A stretch of DNA of 49,851 bases from an uncultured Desulfobacteraceae bacterium (GCA_964631805.1 CAZWAE010000004.1:9661-59511), one strand, 5' to 3'. Shown: positions 10,177 through 20,364, counted from the first letter of the stretch. The notes: a model not told the origin generated them from the sequence alone. Made by a program: numbers and translations.

Positions 10177-10908
10177 ATGAACACCAACGACATGGCGGTG
10201 GAAGAATTTTTTAGTAATTACACCAAAACGCTGATCGATAAACTGGGTGATGCCGGCCGGAGGGAGAAGATCGGCATTCCGGTCATCACCATCAGCATGC
10301 AGCCCGGAGGGGGAGGAGATGCCATTGCCAGAAAGCTGGCGGAGCGTCTGGGATTTTCCCTGTTCAACAAGGAGATTCTCAAACCCATGGCGGATTGGAA
10401 CAATGTCAGCAGCAAGGTGCTGGAAGCGGTTGAAAAATATCGGATGACGGGGATACAGGATATGATCTCTTCATTGATGGGTAAGCAGCATGTCTATCCG
10501 GAACAGTACCTGCGTTATCTGACAGAGTTTGTAACGGTGCTTGGCAGGGTGGGCAATGCCGTGGTTGTCGGCCGGGGAGTCAATTTCATCCTTCCGGCCT
10601 CGTCACGATTTGCAGTCAGAATCATTGCACCCCTGGATACGAGGGTGAAAAATGTCGCCTCTGCCTTTGGCGTACCCCTGGAAAAGGCAAAACGCCGGAT
10701 AAAAAATCGGGCGGCCAAACGTCGGGATTTCGTCAAGCGTAATTTCCATGTCGATATCGACGATCCGTTGCACTACGACCTGATCATCAACACCCAGCGC
10801 CTGGATGTGGAATCGGCGGTGGATGCCATCATCGGCACTATCATGGGGGCACAGTTCAACCATCCTTTTGAAAAAGAGGAATCGTTCATTCTCGGAAAAA
10901 GCCGTTAA
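10177..10908 (+). CDS. Cytidylate kinase-like family protein (Cytidylate_kin2)
   Basis: VITISMQPGGGGDAIARKLAERLG, VVVGRG, VRIIAPLDTRV, DPLHYDLIINT motifs. Confidence 0.85.
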   Translation: MNTNDMAVEEFFSNYTKTLIDKLGDAGRREKIGIPVITISMQPGGGGDAIARKLAERLGFSLFNKEILKPMADWNNVSSKVLEAVEKYRMTGIQDMISSLMGKQHVYPEQYLRYLTEFVTVLGRVGNAVVVGRGVNFILPASSRFAVRIIAPLDTRVKNVASAFGVPLEKAKRRIKNRAAKRRDFVKRNFHVDIDDPLHYDLIINTQRLDVESAVDAIIGTIMGAQFNHPFEKEESFILGKSR

Positions 10909-11116
10909 ACTAAACGTTCCTGAAAGCCGGAACCGGCGGCAGTCTTCTTGTCATCGGATCGGCCGCCGGGGTGGCGCTCATGGGATCCGCCCGGGGTGTC
11001 TACACCTTCGTGCCCACCTGAAGTGGATCCCGATGGTTGCCGTCGGGTATGTGTTGACAAAAACGTATGCTCCGATATTCTCAATACTCTCAAACAGGAA
11101 ATCGGAGGCAGTCATC

Positions 11117-11872
11117 ATGACAGGTAGACGTTTTTTCGACACATCAAAATATCAACCGTACAAAAAAATGGCGAAAAAGTGCCGGTTGAAAAACATCACT
11201 GAATTCCAAATCAAGTGGCCCGAATTGACAATGGAAGGCAACTTGAAGAATAATGACCTTGTGATGCGTTATATCCGGCCCAGTGATATCGATGAAGTGG
11301 TCGAACTCTGGAAAAATGTTTATCCCGAAGTCTATGGCTCCACCCACCAATTTGTTTTTGATACCCGATGGTATCAGGACAATGTTCTCTTCGAAGAGAA
11401 TTGGAGCGCCGACGCCGGGAGTAAGGATCATGCGATCATTCTTCTGGAGGATCGCAAGGAGAACCGACTGGTGGGGATATTGCTCATGACAAAATGGGAT
11501 CGGAACCTTCAGATCGAGCTCACCATGGGGGGACTTCATTCCGCGTTCCGGGAAAAGAAGGTTTTTTATCCGTTTTTCAAAAATATCCTGGACCGGGTCT
11601 CAACCACGGCAGTGGAGCTTATCACCGTATTTGCCGAGACCTGGCATCGTAAAACCCAGGATCTGATGGATCATCATGGATTCAGAATCTGGGGTATTTT
11701 CCCCGGGCAGATGTTGCGCTGGAGCCATGATGAGAAAGGCTATCGGGCCTGCGAAGTGCACTATTATAAATTCGTGAACGGTGGGGAAAAATACGCAACG
11801 GGTCCCGATGAGTGGGTGCTTTCAGAAAAAAGCCGGGAATTGTGGCAGGCCATGGAAAAACTAAATGGTTGA
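11117..11872 (+). CDS. Hypothetical protein, probable GNAT-fold acetyltransferase
   Basis: ATG at 11117 after GGAGG; the upstream part of the 10805 ORF is non-coding-like. MRYIRPSDIDEVVELW and C-terminal LMDHHGFRIWG resemble GNAT patterns. TTGACA...TATTCT promoter-like pair at 11054-11081. Confidence 0.6.
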   Translation: MTGRRFFDTSKYQPYKKMAKKCRLKNITEFQIKWPELTMEGNLKNNDLVMRYIRPSDIDEVVELWKNVYPEVYGSTHQFVFDTRWYQDNVLFEENWSADAGSKDHAIILLEDRKENRLVGILLMTKWDRNLQIELTMGGLHSAFREKKVFYPFFKNILDRVSTTAVELITVFAETWHRKTQDLMDHHGFRIWGIFPGQMLRWSHDEKGYRACEVHYYKFVNGGEKYATGPDEWVLSEKSRELWQAMEKLNG

Positions 11873-11880
11873 TATGTATC

Positions 11881-12687
11881 TTAATTATTTTTCTTAAATA
11901 CGAAGGAAAGCCAGGGGCATGGTTGAAGATCCGGCATTTGAACGGGGAGTTTTTCATGGGTGCCGATGACCAGATAGCCGCCCGGGCAAAGGGCATCCAC
12001 AATGGCGTTAAGGGTGGGTTCGATCCGTTTTTCCTGGTAATAGGTCAACAGATTGTTTCTCAGAAAGATAAGCTGGAATCCAGATGCCGGGGGGGTGGAG
12101 AAAAAATTGTGAACAAGCCATGTGATGCCGCCTCTGAAACCGGGTTTGACACTGAACCGCCGTCCGCCGCGTTTCGTTTGAAAACAGGCGGATCGCATCT
12201 CTTCCGGAACTTCTTTCAGACTGCTGAAAGGATATAGGGCTCTCCTGGCCTTTTCGATATAAAGGGGGTTCATATCTGTGGCCATTATGTCGAACACAGG
12301 AAGTTTGCCTATGGTCCGGCCTAATTGATTCCACAAGATCCTGAGGCTATAGGCCTCTTCCCCGCAGGCGCAGCCGGCGGACCATACCTTCATTGTTTTG
12401 CCGCGGGTTTCGATCAGTTCGGGTATGATCCGGGTTTCAAGAACCTGCCAGAGTCTTTGATCGCGGAAAAATCGGCTGATGGAAACGCTCATCACCCGCT
12501 CGCATTGTTTTTCGTCAGCCTGGCTTTGCTCCAGCAAAACCAGATATTCGCGCATGTTGCGACATCCCAGCTGCTGCATATGACGGCCGACCCGTTTTTT
12601 TACCCCTTTCCTGACCTTGCGGTATCCCCGCCGGGAAAGATCAAGATGTTCCAGAAGCTGATAAAATTCTTTGTCTTCCATACCCAT
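11881..12687 (-). CDS. CheR family protein-glutamate methyltransferase (orphan)
   Basis: SISRFFRD, KVWSAGCACGEEAYSL, IMATDMN, FQLIFLRNNLLTY, LCPGGYLVIGTHE. Confidence 0.88.
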   Translation of the reverse strand: MGMEDKEFYQLLEHLDLSRRGYRKVRKGVKKRVGRHMQQLGCRNMREYLVLLEQSQADEKQCERVMSVSISRFFRDQRLWQVLETRIIPELIETRGKTMKVWSAGCACGEEAYSLRILWNQLGRTIGKLPVFDIMATDMNPLYIEKARRALYPFSSLKEVPEEMRSACFQTKRGGRRFSVKPGFRGGITWLVHNFFSTPPASGFQLIFLRNNLLTYYQEKRIEPTLNAIVDALCPGGYLVIGTHEKLPVQMPDLQPCPWLSFVFKKNN

Positions 12688-12727
12688 CTCCCGCTATAAT
12701 ACTTCTACAGATTAGCGGATTGTAGAC

Positions 12728-13471
12728 ATGAGTGCAAAGCATCTGACAAGAAGAAAGATTTTAAAGACGATTTACCGTTATCTTGCGGCATTGTTTCTGA
12801 TGCCCTTTTTCTCTGTCCGGAAGGCCATGGCAGGAAAGGTCCATGGACCCAACGGGAGGATGGAGGCCAAGATGAAATTACCGGAACCCGGATTAAAAGG
12901 AGCCGTCTCTGTGGAGCAGGCTATCTGGCAGCGTCGCACCATTCGCTCCTATGGACCCAACCCTTTAAGCCTTGAACAATTTTCCCAGGTTTTATGGGCC
13001 GCACAGGGCATTACAGGGGATAGGGGCTATAAGCGGTCAGCCCCATCCGGCGGGGCTTTATATCCCCTGGATATCTATGCGGTACTGGGTGTTCGTGGTG
13101 TGACGGGACTGCAGGAGGGTATCTATCATTATAACCCTGAAAAACATGCGGCGCAGTTGATCGCAAAGGGGGACTTCAGAAGGGATGTGGCCGAGGCAGC
13201 CTTGTCACAGTTGTGGATGGCCAACGCTCCGTTGAACCTGGTGATTACGGTGGAATATGGCCGCATCACCGGCAAGTACGGCGTAAGGGGGAAACGGTAT
13301 GCGATGATCGAGGCCGGGCACGTCGGGCAGAATATCTTTCTCCAGGCCGAAGCCCTTGGCCTCAAAGCCGGGATCGTGGGTGCTTTTCACGACGATGATG
13401 TGAAGAGGGTCATGACCATCACCGGATCCCATGAACCGGTGCTCATCATGCCTGTGGGATATATCAAATAG
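12728..13471 (+). CDS. SagB/ThcOx family nitroreductase-fold dehydrogenase with Tat-like N-terminus
   Basis: RRTIRSY, LSLEQFSQVLWAAQG, RSAPSGGALYPL, EAGHVGQNIFLQAEALGL; N-terminal TRRKILK plus a hydrophobic stretch. Confidence 0.88.
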   Translation: MSAKHLTRRKILKTIYRYLAALFLMPFFSVRKAMAGKVHGPNGRMEAKMKLPEPGLKGAVSVEQAIWQRRTIRSYGPNPLSLEQFSQVLWAAQGITGDRGYKRSAPSGGALYPLDIYAVLGVRGVTGLQEGIYHYNPEKHAAQLIAKGDFRRDVAEAALSQLWMANAPLNLVITVEYGRITGKYGVRGKRYAMIEAGHVGQNIFLQAEALGLKAGIVGAFHDDDVKRVMTITGSHEPVLIMPVGYIK

Positions 13472-13836
13472 GCGAGATCCTTCAGATCATCAAAAGATTG
13501 GTGGTCATTGAGAGATTGCCGTGTCATGCCGCCGGTTGCCCGGGCGGTTGAGTTGCAAGCAGTCTCTCGAGTCCCGACAGGAAAGCGGTTTCGGAACCGT
13601 GGGCTGAGGCGGCTTCAAAAGGGCATTGGGGCGTACCGCAATTCGTAAACCTGCAGAGGATGTTGCCGTTCTGATCCTTGAGTACAATTTTTTTGCCAAT
13701 CAGATCCTGGCTTAAAAAATTCATTACCATGCTGCCATCGGATTAAGCCCGTTGTCACATCAACAGAGGGCATCGCTAAAAGGATTATTACCGCGATGAT
13801 GTAGTGATGCCCCTGCAAGGTGATTTGGCATTTAGC

Positions 13837-13871
13837 TGTGATAATTTTTCCCATAACTCCAAATTATCACA
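13837..13871. promoter_or_regulatory. 11-bp inverted repeat TGTGATAATTT-N13-AAATTATCACA adjacent to the -35 box
   Basis: Perfect inverted repeat ending 6 bp before TTGACA (13878). Confidence 0.55.
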
Positions 13872-13877
13872 AATTAT

Positions 13878-13907
13878 TTGACATATGGTGCCTGGATATC
13901 CTATAAA
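13878..13907 (+). promoter_or_regulatory. Sigma70 promoter TTGACA-N18-TATAAA for the AAA/DUF4143 gene
   Basis: Consensus -35 (13878-13883) and near-consensus -10 (13902-13907); the ATG follows after only 6 bp. Confidence 0.65.
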
Positions 13908-13913
13908 GCCCCC

Positions 13914-15065
13914 ATGAAAGATCCCGTTCCAATACAAAGAATTCAAAATATCGAGCTGCCGCCAAACCGGTCCGCCTTTTTGTGGGGTCCCAGAAAAACA
14001 GGCAAAACCACGCTGCTCAGGCAACAATTTCCCACTGCCTGCTGGATCGATCTGTTGGATTATGACCTGTATTTTCCGTTGAGCCGGAAACCCAGCCTGC
14101 TGCGTCAGATGGTAGGCGCACAATCCTCGAAAACCGTGGTGGTTGACGAAATCCAGAAAATCCCGGATTTAATGGATGAAATCCATTACTTGATCGAAAA
14201 CGGGAAATATCAGTTTATTTTATCCGGCTCCAGCGCTCGCAAAATGAAACGAGGCAATGTCAACCTTCTGGGTGGAAGGGCCTGGCGTTTTGAGCTTTTT
14301 CCTTTTGTTACCAAAGAACTTGGAGATATCGATCTGGATCGGTGCCTGGTATCCGGGTTCGTGCCGCCGCATTATCTTTCCGAAGACAGTTCGATGGATT
14401 TGAAAGCCTATATTCACGATTACCTGAAAGAGGAGATCCAGGCCGAAGCAATGACCCGGAACTTGCCGGCCTTTTCGCGATTTCTGCAGTCGGCTGCCAT
14501 CACCAACGGCATGCTGCTGAATTATTCCAATGCCGCAAGGGAATCCGGCGTTTCGGTAAAAACCATCCGGCAGTATTTTCAAATACTGGAAGATACCCTC
14601 ATCGGCAGGCAGGTGCCTCCCTGGAGAAAATCGCGAAAAAGAAGGCTTATCGAAACGGCCAAATTTTATTTTTTTGATGTCGGCGTGGTTTCTTCAATGC
14701 TCCGTTACAGATCGCTTACACCCGGAACACCGGAGTATGGCAGGGCTTTTGAGCATTTTATCCTGCAGGAGTGTTGGGCCTATCGTCATTATAGCCGGTC
14801 GGATTTCCCCATCGCTTTTTGGAGAACTGCCAGCGGCGCTGAAGTCGATCTTATTCTGGGGGATGCGGAGGTGGCCATTGAAATCAAATCAACAACCAAC
14901 GCGGGGAACCGCACCAAGGGGCTGCATCTGTTTCTTGAAGAGTTTCGATGCAACAAGGGCCTTATCGTATCCAAAGATCCATCTCCGAGGAAACTGAATG
15001 CCGATATCACGATTTTACCATGGCAGCATTTTTGTGACAGGCTTTGGCAGGGAGATATTATCTGA
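13914..15065 (+). CDS. AAA_14 ATPase with DUF4143 domain
   Basis: Walker A GPRKTGKT, Walker B VVVDEIQK, LSGSSA, LLGGRA, KFYFFDVG, FWRTASGAEVDL..AIEIKS (PD-(D/E)XK-like tail). Start reassigned to ATG 13914. Confidence 0.9.
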   Translation: MKDPVPIQRIQNIELPPNRSAFLWGPRKTGKTTLLRQQFPTACWIDLLDYDLYFPLSRKPSLLRQMVGAQSSKTVVVDEIQKIPDLMDEIHYLIENGKYQFILSGSSARKMKRGNVNLLGGRAWRFELFPFVTKELGDIDLDRCLVSGFVPPHYLSEDSSMDLKAYIHDYLKEEIQAEAMTRNLPAFSRFLQSAAITNGMLLNYSNAARESGVSVKTIRQYFQILEDTLIGRQVPPWRKSRKRRLIETAKFYFFDVGVVSSMLRYRSLTPGTPEYGRAFEHFILQECWAYRHYSRSDFPIAFWRTASGAEVDLILGDAEVAIEIKSTTNAGNRTKGLHLFLEEFRCNKGLIVSKDPSPRKLNADITILPWQHFCDRLWQGDII

Positions 15066-15089
15066 CACCCCAAAAGAGAAATTCTTTGG

Positions 15090-18000
15090 ATGAATTTGCA
15101 TGATCTGCTATCCCGTACACTGCTGATCGATCTGGAAACAACCCGATCCGGCAAAGTTCGTCACATCGGGGCCGTGCTGAACGGGAGCATATTTGAGAAA
15201 AAGAAACACGCTGGGTCAAAAAGGGTTTTGACGCAACTGGACCAGCTGGCTGCTAAGGCCGAGTTTGTCCTGGGCCACAACCTGCTGGGGCACGACTTCC
15301 CGATCCTTCGGGTCACCGCTCCATGGCTCAATATACTCAAAAAGCCCATCATCGATACCCTTTATCTGTCACCCCTCGCATTCCCCCAGAATCCCTACCA
15401 TCGCCTGGTAAAAAACTATAAATTGGTTCGTGAATCCATCAACCATCCCGTTGAAGATGCAGAGCTGGCGGCATCCGTGTTCAAAGATCAGTGGGAGAGC
15501 TTCAGGACCCTTGCTGAAAAGAAAGCGGTCCTGATCGAATTTTATCGCTTTTGCTTCCGGGACAGCGTTTTAAACTCATTTTCCGGCAAGGGGATTTCTT
15601 CGGTCTTTTCTATTATTGCCTCCGGTTATTTTCAAACCTCCGACCAGGCCCTTGAATGTTTTCTGACGCAGACGGAAAATCTTGTTTGCGACAGGGCGGT
15701 CAGAGAGACAATTCCCGGTATACTGGTAAAAGCGGATAAACGCCCGGCCGCTGCCTACACCATGGCGTGGCTGCAGGTGGCAGGGGGCAATTCGGTACTG
15801 CCGCCCTGGGTAAGGTATCGATTTCCGGACGTACCGGCGATCATCAAAACACTTCGGGAAAAGCCCTGCGGAGAATCTTCCTGCGACTACTGTTCGAAGA
15901 ACCACGATCCCGGTCGATCGCTGGCCCGCTTTTTCGGCTATCCATCCTTTCGCGAAAAACCTCGAACCCGCGAGGGCGAAAGCCTGCAAAGGGAGATTGT
16001 GCGAAGCTGTATGAGCGACGCTCCTGTTCTCGGGATTTTACCTACCGGTGCCGGGAAATCGCTGTGCTACCAGTTGCCGGCACTGATCCGGTATTGGCGG
16101 CGAGGCGCTCTCACCGTCGTCATCTCTCCGCTCCAGGCCTTGATGAAGGATCAGGTGGACAACCTGGTCAAAAAAACGGGGACCCTTTTCGCCGAAGCGG
16201 TCTACGGCCTCCAGACCCTGCCGGAGCGCGGGGAGGTTTTTGAGAGGATTCGTTTGGGAGACACCGCCATTCTGTACCTTTCCCCCGAGCAGCTTCGCAG
16301 CAAAGGGGTGCGGAATATACTGCGTCAAAGAGAGATCGGCTGCTGGGTGTTCGATGAAGCGCACTGCCTTTCGAAATGGGGGCACGACTTCAGGCCGGAT
16401 TACCTATACGCCGCCCGGTTCATCCGTGAATTCGCCAAAGAACAGAATATGCCGGTGCCGCCGATCTGCTGCTTCACGGCCACCGCGAAAACAAGTGTCA
16501 TCGATGAGATCGGGTCCCACTTTCACCAGGAACTCGACCAGGACCTGAGCCTTTTTGCCGGCGGTGTGGAGCGGGAAAACCTCTCTTTTGAAGTCATTCC
16601 GGTAGCAGAAGCGGAAAAGCTCGAAAAAACACACGAAATCGTCGGTGAACAGCTCAACGCAACGGACGAGCCGGCGGGTATCATCGTCTATGCCGCCACC
16701 CGGAAAACCACAGAGGAGATAAGGGATTTTCTGAACCATCAGGGCGCGATTGCCGAGGCGTTTCATGCCGGTGTCAATGCCAAAGAGAAGCGGGAGATCA
16801 TCGAAGCCTTCATCACCGGGGAGGTTCCCGTCATTTGTGCCACCAATGCCTTTGGTATGGGAATCGACAAGGAAAATATACGGCTTGTGCTGCACTATCA
16901 AATGCCGGGCTCTCTGGAAAACTATATTCAGGAAGCCGGCCGCGCCGGCCGGGACCTGAAACCGGCACGCTGTATCCTTCTGTACGATCCTCAGGATGGC
17001 AACAGGCAGTTTGGGATGCAGACTTTTTCCGAGGTGAAACGAAAGGAGATCTCGCGCATCCTGCGCGCATTGCGGCGTAAGAAGCGGAATCAATTCGGCG
17101 AGATCGTTGTTACCAGCGATGAATTGCTGCGTGATGATGCTCTGGCCGGCATGAACCGTTCAGACCATGAAAAAAACGATACGAAAGTCAAGGCCGCCGT
17201 CGCCTGGCTTGAAAGAGCGGGTTTTCTACAGCGAAACCAGAACTTGACCGAGGCCTTCCAGGGGAAACCGCTTTTTGGCACCATTGAAGAAGCTGAAATA
17301 ATGATGCGGCGTCTCAACTTGAACCGGTACACTAAAAACCGGTGGCTCACCATTCTTCGATACATCATCAACCATTTCGATGCCGGAGGGATCCGGGCGG
17401 ACAATCTTGCCGAAGCGCTGTTCCCGGAAAAGGAGTTGATGCAGGCAGAGGAGAGGAAAACGGGACTCACGGCTGGCCAGATCGTGCTGATTGATCTGCA
17501 TCGCATGGCGGATGCCGGATTGATCGACCAGGGCATTATGCTGTCCGTCACTTTTCGGCCCAGGGGCAAAAACAGGGCATTGACGGTTCTGGAACATGCG
17601 TGTGCGTTGGAAAATAAGCTGATCCGCCTGCTGGAGTCCGAAGCACCGGATGCCGATGGCGGCAATTGGGTATGGCTCAACATCCGACGCCTGAACCAGA
17701 AACTGATAAACGACGGGGAGGAAACCAACCCGGATGCACTGCGGCTGCTGATCAAAGGGATATCATATGACGGAAAAGGACTTGCCGCGTCACAGGGCAG
17801 CTTCGAGATCAGCTACATCGACCGCAACCGATACCAGGTAAAGCTCCAGCGAAGTTGGGACAGTATCAGAAAAACCATATTCCTGAGGCAGAGTGTGGCC
17901 CATGCGATTCTACGAACGCTGACCGATCTGGCCAGAAAACAGGCCGTGAAAACAGGAAAGGAGATCACCGGTGACGTGCAACTCTCATTTGCGAGCAACG

Positions 18001-20336
18001 ACCTGTCCGCGGCCATCAAGTCGGATATCACCCTGATTCCGGAAATCAAAAGGGTTTTGCCGGCAATCGACAGGGCGCTGACCTTCCTGCATGATCAGAA
18101 GGTGATCACCCTGCAGGGGGGCTTGGCCATCTTGAGGCAGGCCATGACCCTTCGGCTGTCGCCGTCCGCCAAGGGGCGCTACTATGGCAAAGGTGATTTC
18201 AAGCCGCTGGCGGTTCACTACCGGGAAAAACATCTCCAGGTCCACGTGATGATGCGGTATGCGTCAATGGCCCTCGAAAAGATCGCCTCTGCACTCACAT
18301 TGATTCTGGACTATTTCTCCCTGGGCCGGATCAAATTCATCAACAAGTATTTCGAAGCGGATAAAGATCTTTTGGATAAGGCAACCACCGCCGAATCCTA
18401 CCGAACGATCGTGGAAAATTTGAGAAATCCCGTCCAGATCTCCGCTGTGGGAAAGTCTCTGGAAGACAATATGCTCATCCTGGCAGGGCCCGGATCGGGT
18501 AAAACCACCGTGATTGTTCATCGCTGCGCCTACCTGTTGGAGGTCGAACGGGTGCCGGCGCGCCAGATCCTGGTGTTATGTTTTAACCACAGTTCAGCCG
18601 TGGTGCTCAAAAAACGGCTCGGTAATCTGGTCGGAAGGGCCGCGAGAGGGGTGACGGTTGCGACTTATCACGGTGCTGCCATGCGGTTGGCCGGCATCTC
18701 GATCAGGGATATGGCGGAATCCCATCATAAGGACAACATCGATTTCGACCGCATTGTCAGGGATGCCGTACAACTGATCAGAGGCGATAGGGAGATCCCG
18801 GGAATGGAGCCTGACGAGGTGCGGGATCGATTGCTGGCGGGTTACAGCCATATCCTGGTGGATGAGTATCAGGACATCGACGAAATTCAGTATGACCTGG
18901 TATCGGCCATCGCCGGACGGTCGCTTGAAGAGGAAGAGGGGCGCCTGACCATTATGGCCGTAGGGGACGACGATCAAAACATTTATACCTTCAGGGGAGC
19001 CAATGTTCGTTTTATCCGGCAATTTCAGGAAGACTATCTGACGCAGGTTGTTTACCTGGTTGAGAACTATCGTTCCAGCAAACATATCATTACCGCTGCC
19101 AACGGGTTGATAGACGCCAACCGGGACAGAATGAAAGGGGGACACCCCATCTGCATCAACCGCGAGCGGGAGTCCAGTTTACCCGGTGGCAGATGGGAAG
19201 ACTGCGATCCGGTGAGCAAAGGATGTGTTCAAATCGTTTCCGTCAGGGATCTGTCCCACCAGGCCGGCTTCGTAAAGAGTGAAATCGATCGTATACGGCA
19301 GATCGCCCCCAACACCAAATGGACTGAATTCGCTGTCCTATCACGAACCAAAGCCCCACTGGCGGCCGTCAGGGCAGCATTGGAAAATGCAGGATACCCG
19401 CTTAGGATAACGTTGAGTAAAGGATTCCCCCTTCACCGGGTGCGGGAGATCCGGATGACCCTCAACTGGCTTATGGAAAGAGAAAAAGAGAATTCACGTG
19501 CGTCCGGTTTGCAGGCGGGCCTCATGGAGATTCGGGGTGAGCTGGAATCAAATATCTGGTGGCATATGATCGACATGTTTTGGGATCATTACCGCGATGA
19601 AACGGCCGATAGTCTGCTTCCTGTGTGCCGGGTGATAGATCATTTATTTGAATTCATAGCGGAACAACGCAGGGAAAAGGTGCTGGGGCATGGAATATTC
19701 CTGACCACCATTCACTCGGCCAAAGGGATGGAATTTCCACATGTTTTTATCCTGGACGGAGATTGGTGCCATCCTGCGGGTAAGGCCCGGTGGGAGGAGG
19801 AGCGGCGGATTCTGTATGTGGGTATGACACGAGCCGAAGAAACCCTTTGTTTATTAAAAATTCCGGGCAGACCCAACCCCTTTTTGAAGGAAATAAAGGG
19901 CGGCTGTTCGATTCCGTTGACCTATCGGGGCGTCGTGGAGACCGGTGAGCACAGTGGGAAGAGGTATGAGCTGCTGGGTCTAAACGAGATCTATCTGGAT
20001 TATGCCGGAAAATTCCCAGCGGCGGATCCCATTCACCACCGGTTAGCCGCGCTGGAAACCGGGCAACGTGTTTCCTTCTGCCAAAACAACTCAAAAACGG
20101 AAATCAACGATGCCGAAGGCAATTGCCTGGCACGGCTGTCAGCTGAAGGGACAAGCAAATGGCGTAACCGGCTGGATCGAATACTGGAAGTGAGAGTCGT
20201 TGCCATGTTGCAGCGCGACCGGGAAGATCCTGATGAAAATTTCCAGAAATGGATCCAGGCAGAGCAATGGGAACTTCCCATACTCGAAGTGGTATCTGCG
20301 GGAGACGATCAATCTTTTGACAGGAACCGTGTATAG
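15090..20336 (+). CDS. Exonuclease-like domain + RecQ (SF2) helicase + UvrD/Rep (SF1) helicase fusion
   Basis: N-terminal LIDLET/GHNLLGHD/DTLYLS/HPVEDA; RecQ motifs LPTGAGKSLCYQLP, DEAHCLSKWGHDFRPDY, ATNAFGMGIDK, QEAGRAGRD; UvrD motifs AGPGSGKT, VDEYQD, VGDDDQNIY, ENYRS, TIHSAKGMEF, YVGMTRA. Confidence 0.92.
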   Translation: MNLHDLLSRTLLIDLETTRSGKVRHIGAVLNGSIFEKKKHAGSKRVLTQLDQLAAKAEFVLGHNLLGHDFPILRVTAPWLNILKKPIIDTLYLSPLAFPQNPYHRLVKNYKLVRESINHPVEDAELAASVFKDQWESFRTLAEKKAVLIEFYRFCFRDSVLNSFSGKGISSVFSIIASGYFQTSDQALECFLTQTENLVCDRAVRETIPGILVKADKRPAAAYTMAWLQVAGGNSVLPPWVRYRFPDVPAIIKTLREKPCGESSCDYCSKNHDPGRSLARFFGYPSFREKPRTREGESLQREIVRSCMSDAPVLGILPTGAGKSLCYQLPALIRYWRRGALTVVISPLQALMKDQVDNLVKKTGTLFAEAVYGLQTLPERGEVFERIRLGDTAILYLSPEQLRSKGVRNILRQREIGCWVFDEAHCLSKWGHDFRPDYLYAARFIREFAKEQNMPVPPICCFTATAKTSVIDEIGSHFHQELDQDLSLFAGGVERENLSFEVIPVAEAEKLEKTHEIVGEQLNATDEPAGIIVYAATRKTTEEIRDFLNHQGAIAEAFHAGVNAKEKREIIEAFITGEVPVICATNAFGMGIDKENIRLVLHYQMPGSLENYIQEAGRAGRDLKPARCILLYDPQDGNRQFGMQTFSEVKRKEISRILRALRRKKRNQFGEIVVTSDELLRDDALAGMNRSDHEKNDTKVKAAVAWLERAGFLQRNQNLTEAFQGKPLFGTIEEAEIMMRRLNLNRYTKNRWLTILRYIINHFDAGGIRADNLAEALFPEKELMQAEERKTGLTAGQIVLIDLHRMADAGLIDQGIMLSVTFRPRGKNRALTVLEHACALENKLIRLLESEAPDADGGNWVWLNIRRLNQKLINDGEETNPDALRLLIKGISYDGKGLAASQGSFEISYIDRNRYQVKLQRSWDSIRKTIFLRQSVAHAILRTLTDLARKQAVKTGKEITGDVQLSFASNDLSAAIKSDITLIPEIKRVLPAIDRALTFLHDQKVITLQGGLAILRQAMTLRLSPSAKGRYYGKGDFKPLAVHYREKHLQVHVMMRYASMALEKIASALTLILDYFSLGRIKFINKYFEADKDLLDKATTAESYRTIVENLRNPVQISAVGKSLEDNMLILAGPGSGKTTVIVHRCAYLLEVERVPARQILVLCFNHSSAVVLKKRLGNLVGRAARGVTVATYHGAAMRLAGISIRDMAESHHKDNIDFDRIVRDAVQLIRGDREIPGMEPDEVRDRLLAGYSHILVDEYQDIDEIQYDLVSAIAGRSLEEEEGRLTIMAVGDDDQNIYTFRGANVRFIRQFQEDYLTQVVYLVENYRSSKHIITAANGLIDANRDRMKGGHPICINRERESSLPGGRWEDCDPVSKGCVQIVSVRDLSHQAGFVKSEIDRIRQIAPNTKWTEFAVLSRTKAPLAAVRAALENAGYPLRITLSKGFPLHRVREIRMTLNWLMEREKENSRASGLQAGLMEIRGELESNIWWHMIDMFWDHYRDETADSLLPVCRVIDHLFEFIAEQRREKVLGHGIFLTTIHSAKGMEFPHVFILDGDWCHPAGKARWEEERRILYVGMTRAEETLCLLKIPGRPNPFLKEIKGGCSIPLTYRGVVETGEHSGKRYELLGLNEIYLDYAGKFPAADPIHHRLAALETGQRVSFCQNNSKTEINDAEGNCLARLSAEGTSKWRNRLDRILEVRVVAMLQRDREDPDENFQKWIQAEQWELPILEVVSAGDDQSFDRNRV

Positions 20337-20364
20337 GAAAATCACGCCAATCGTGTCCGGGAAT

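Noticed and set aside
10805-11116. N-terminal 104 aa of the 355-aa ORF
   Set aside because: Overlaps the previous gene and contains a promoter-like pair; the RBS-supported start is 11117.
11881-12687. CheR as evidence of a chemosensory cluster
   Set aside because: No cheA, cheB, cheW or MCP genes are nearby, and orphan CheR genes are common.
13524-13730. 68-aa minus-strand ORF with three Cys, possible RiPP precursor next to SagB
   Set aside because: No clear RBS, recognisable family, YcaO or transporter; it is convergent with SagB rather than co-transcribed.
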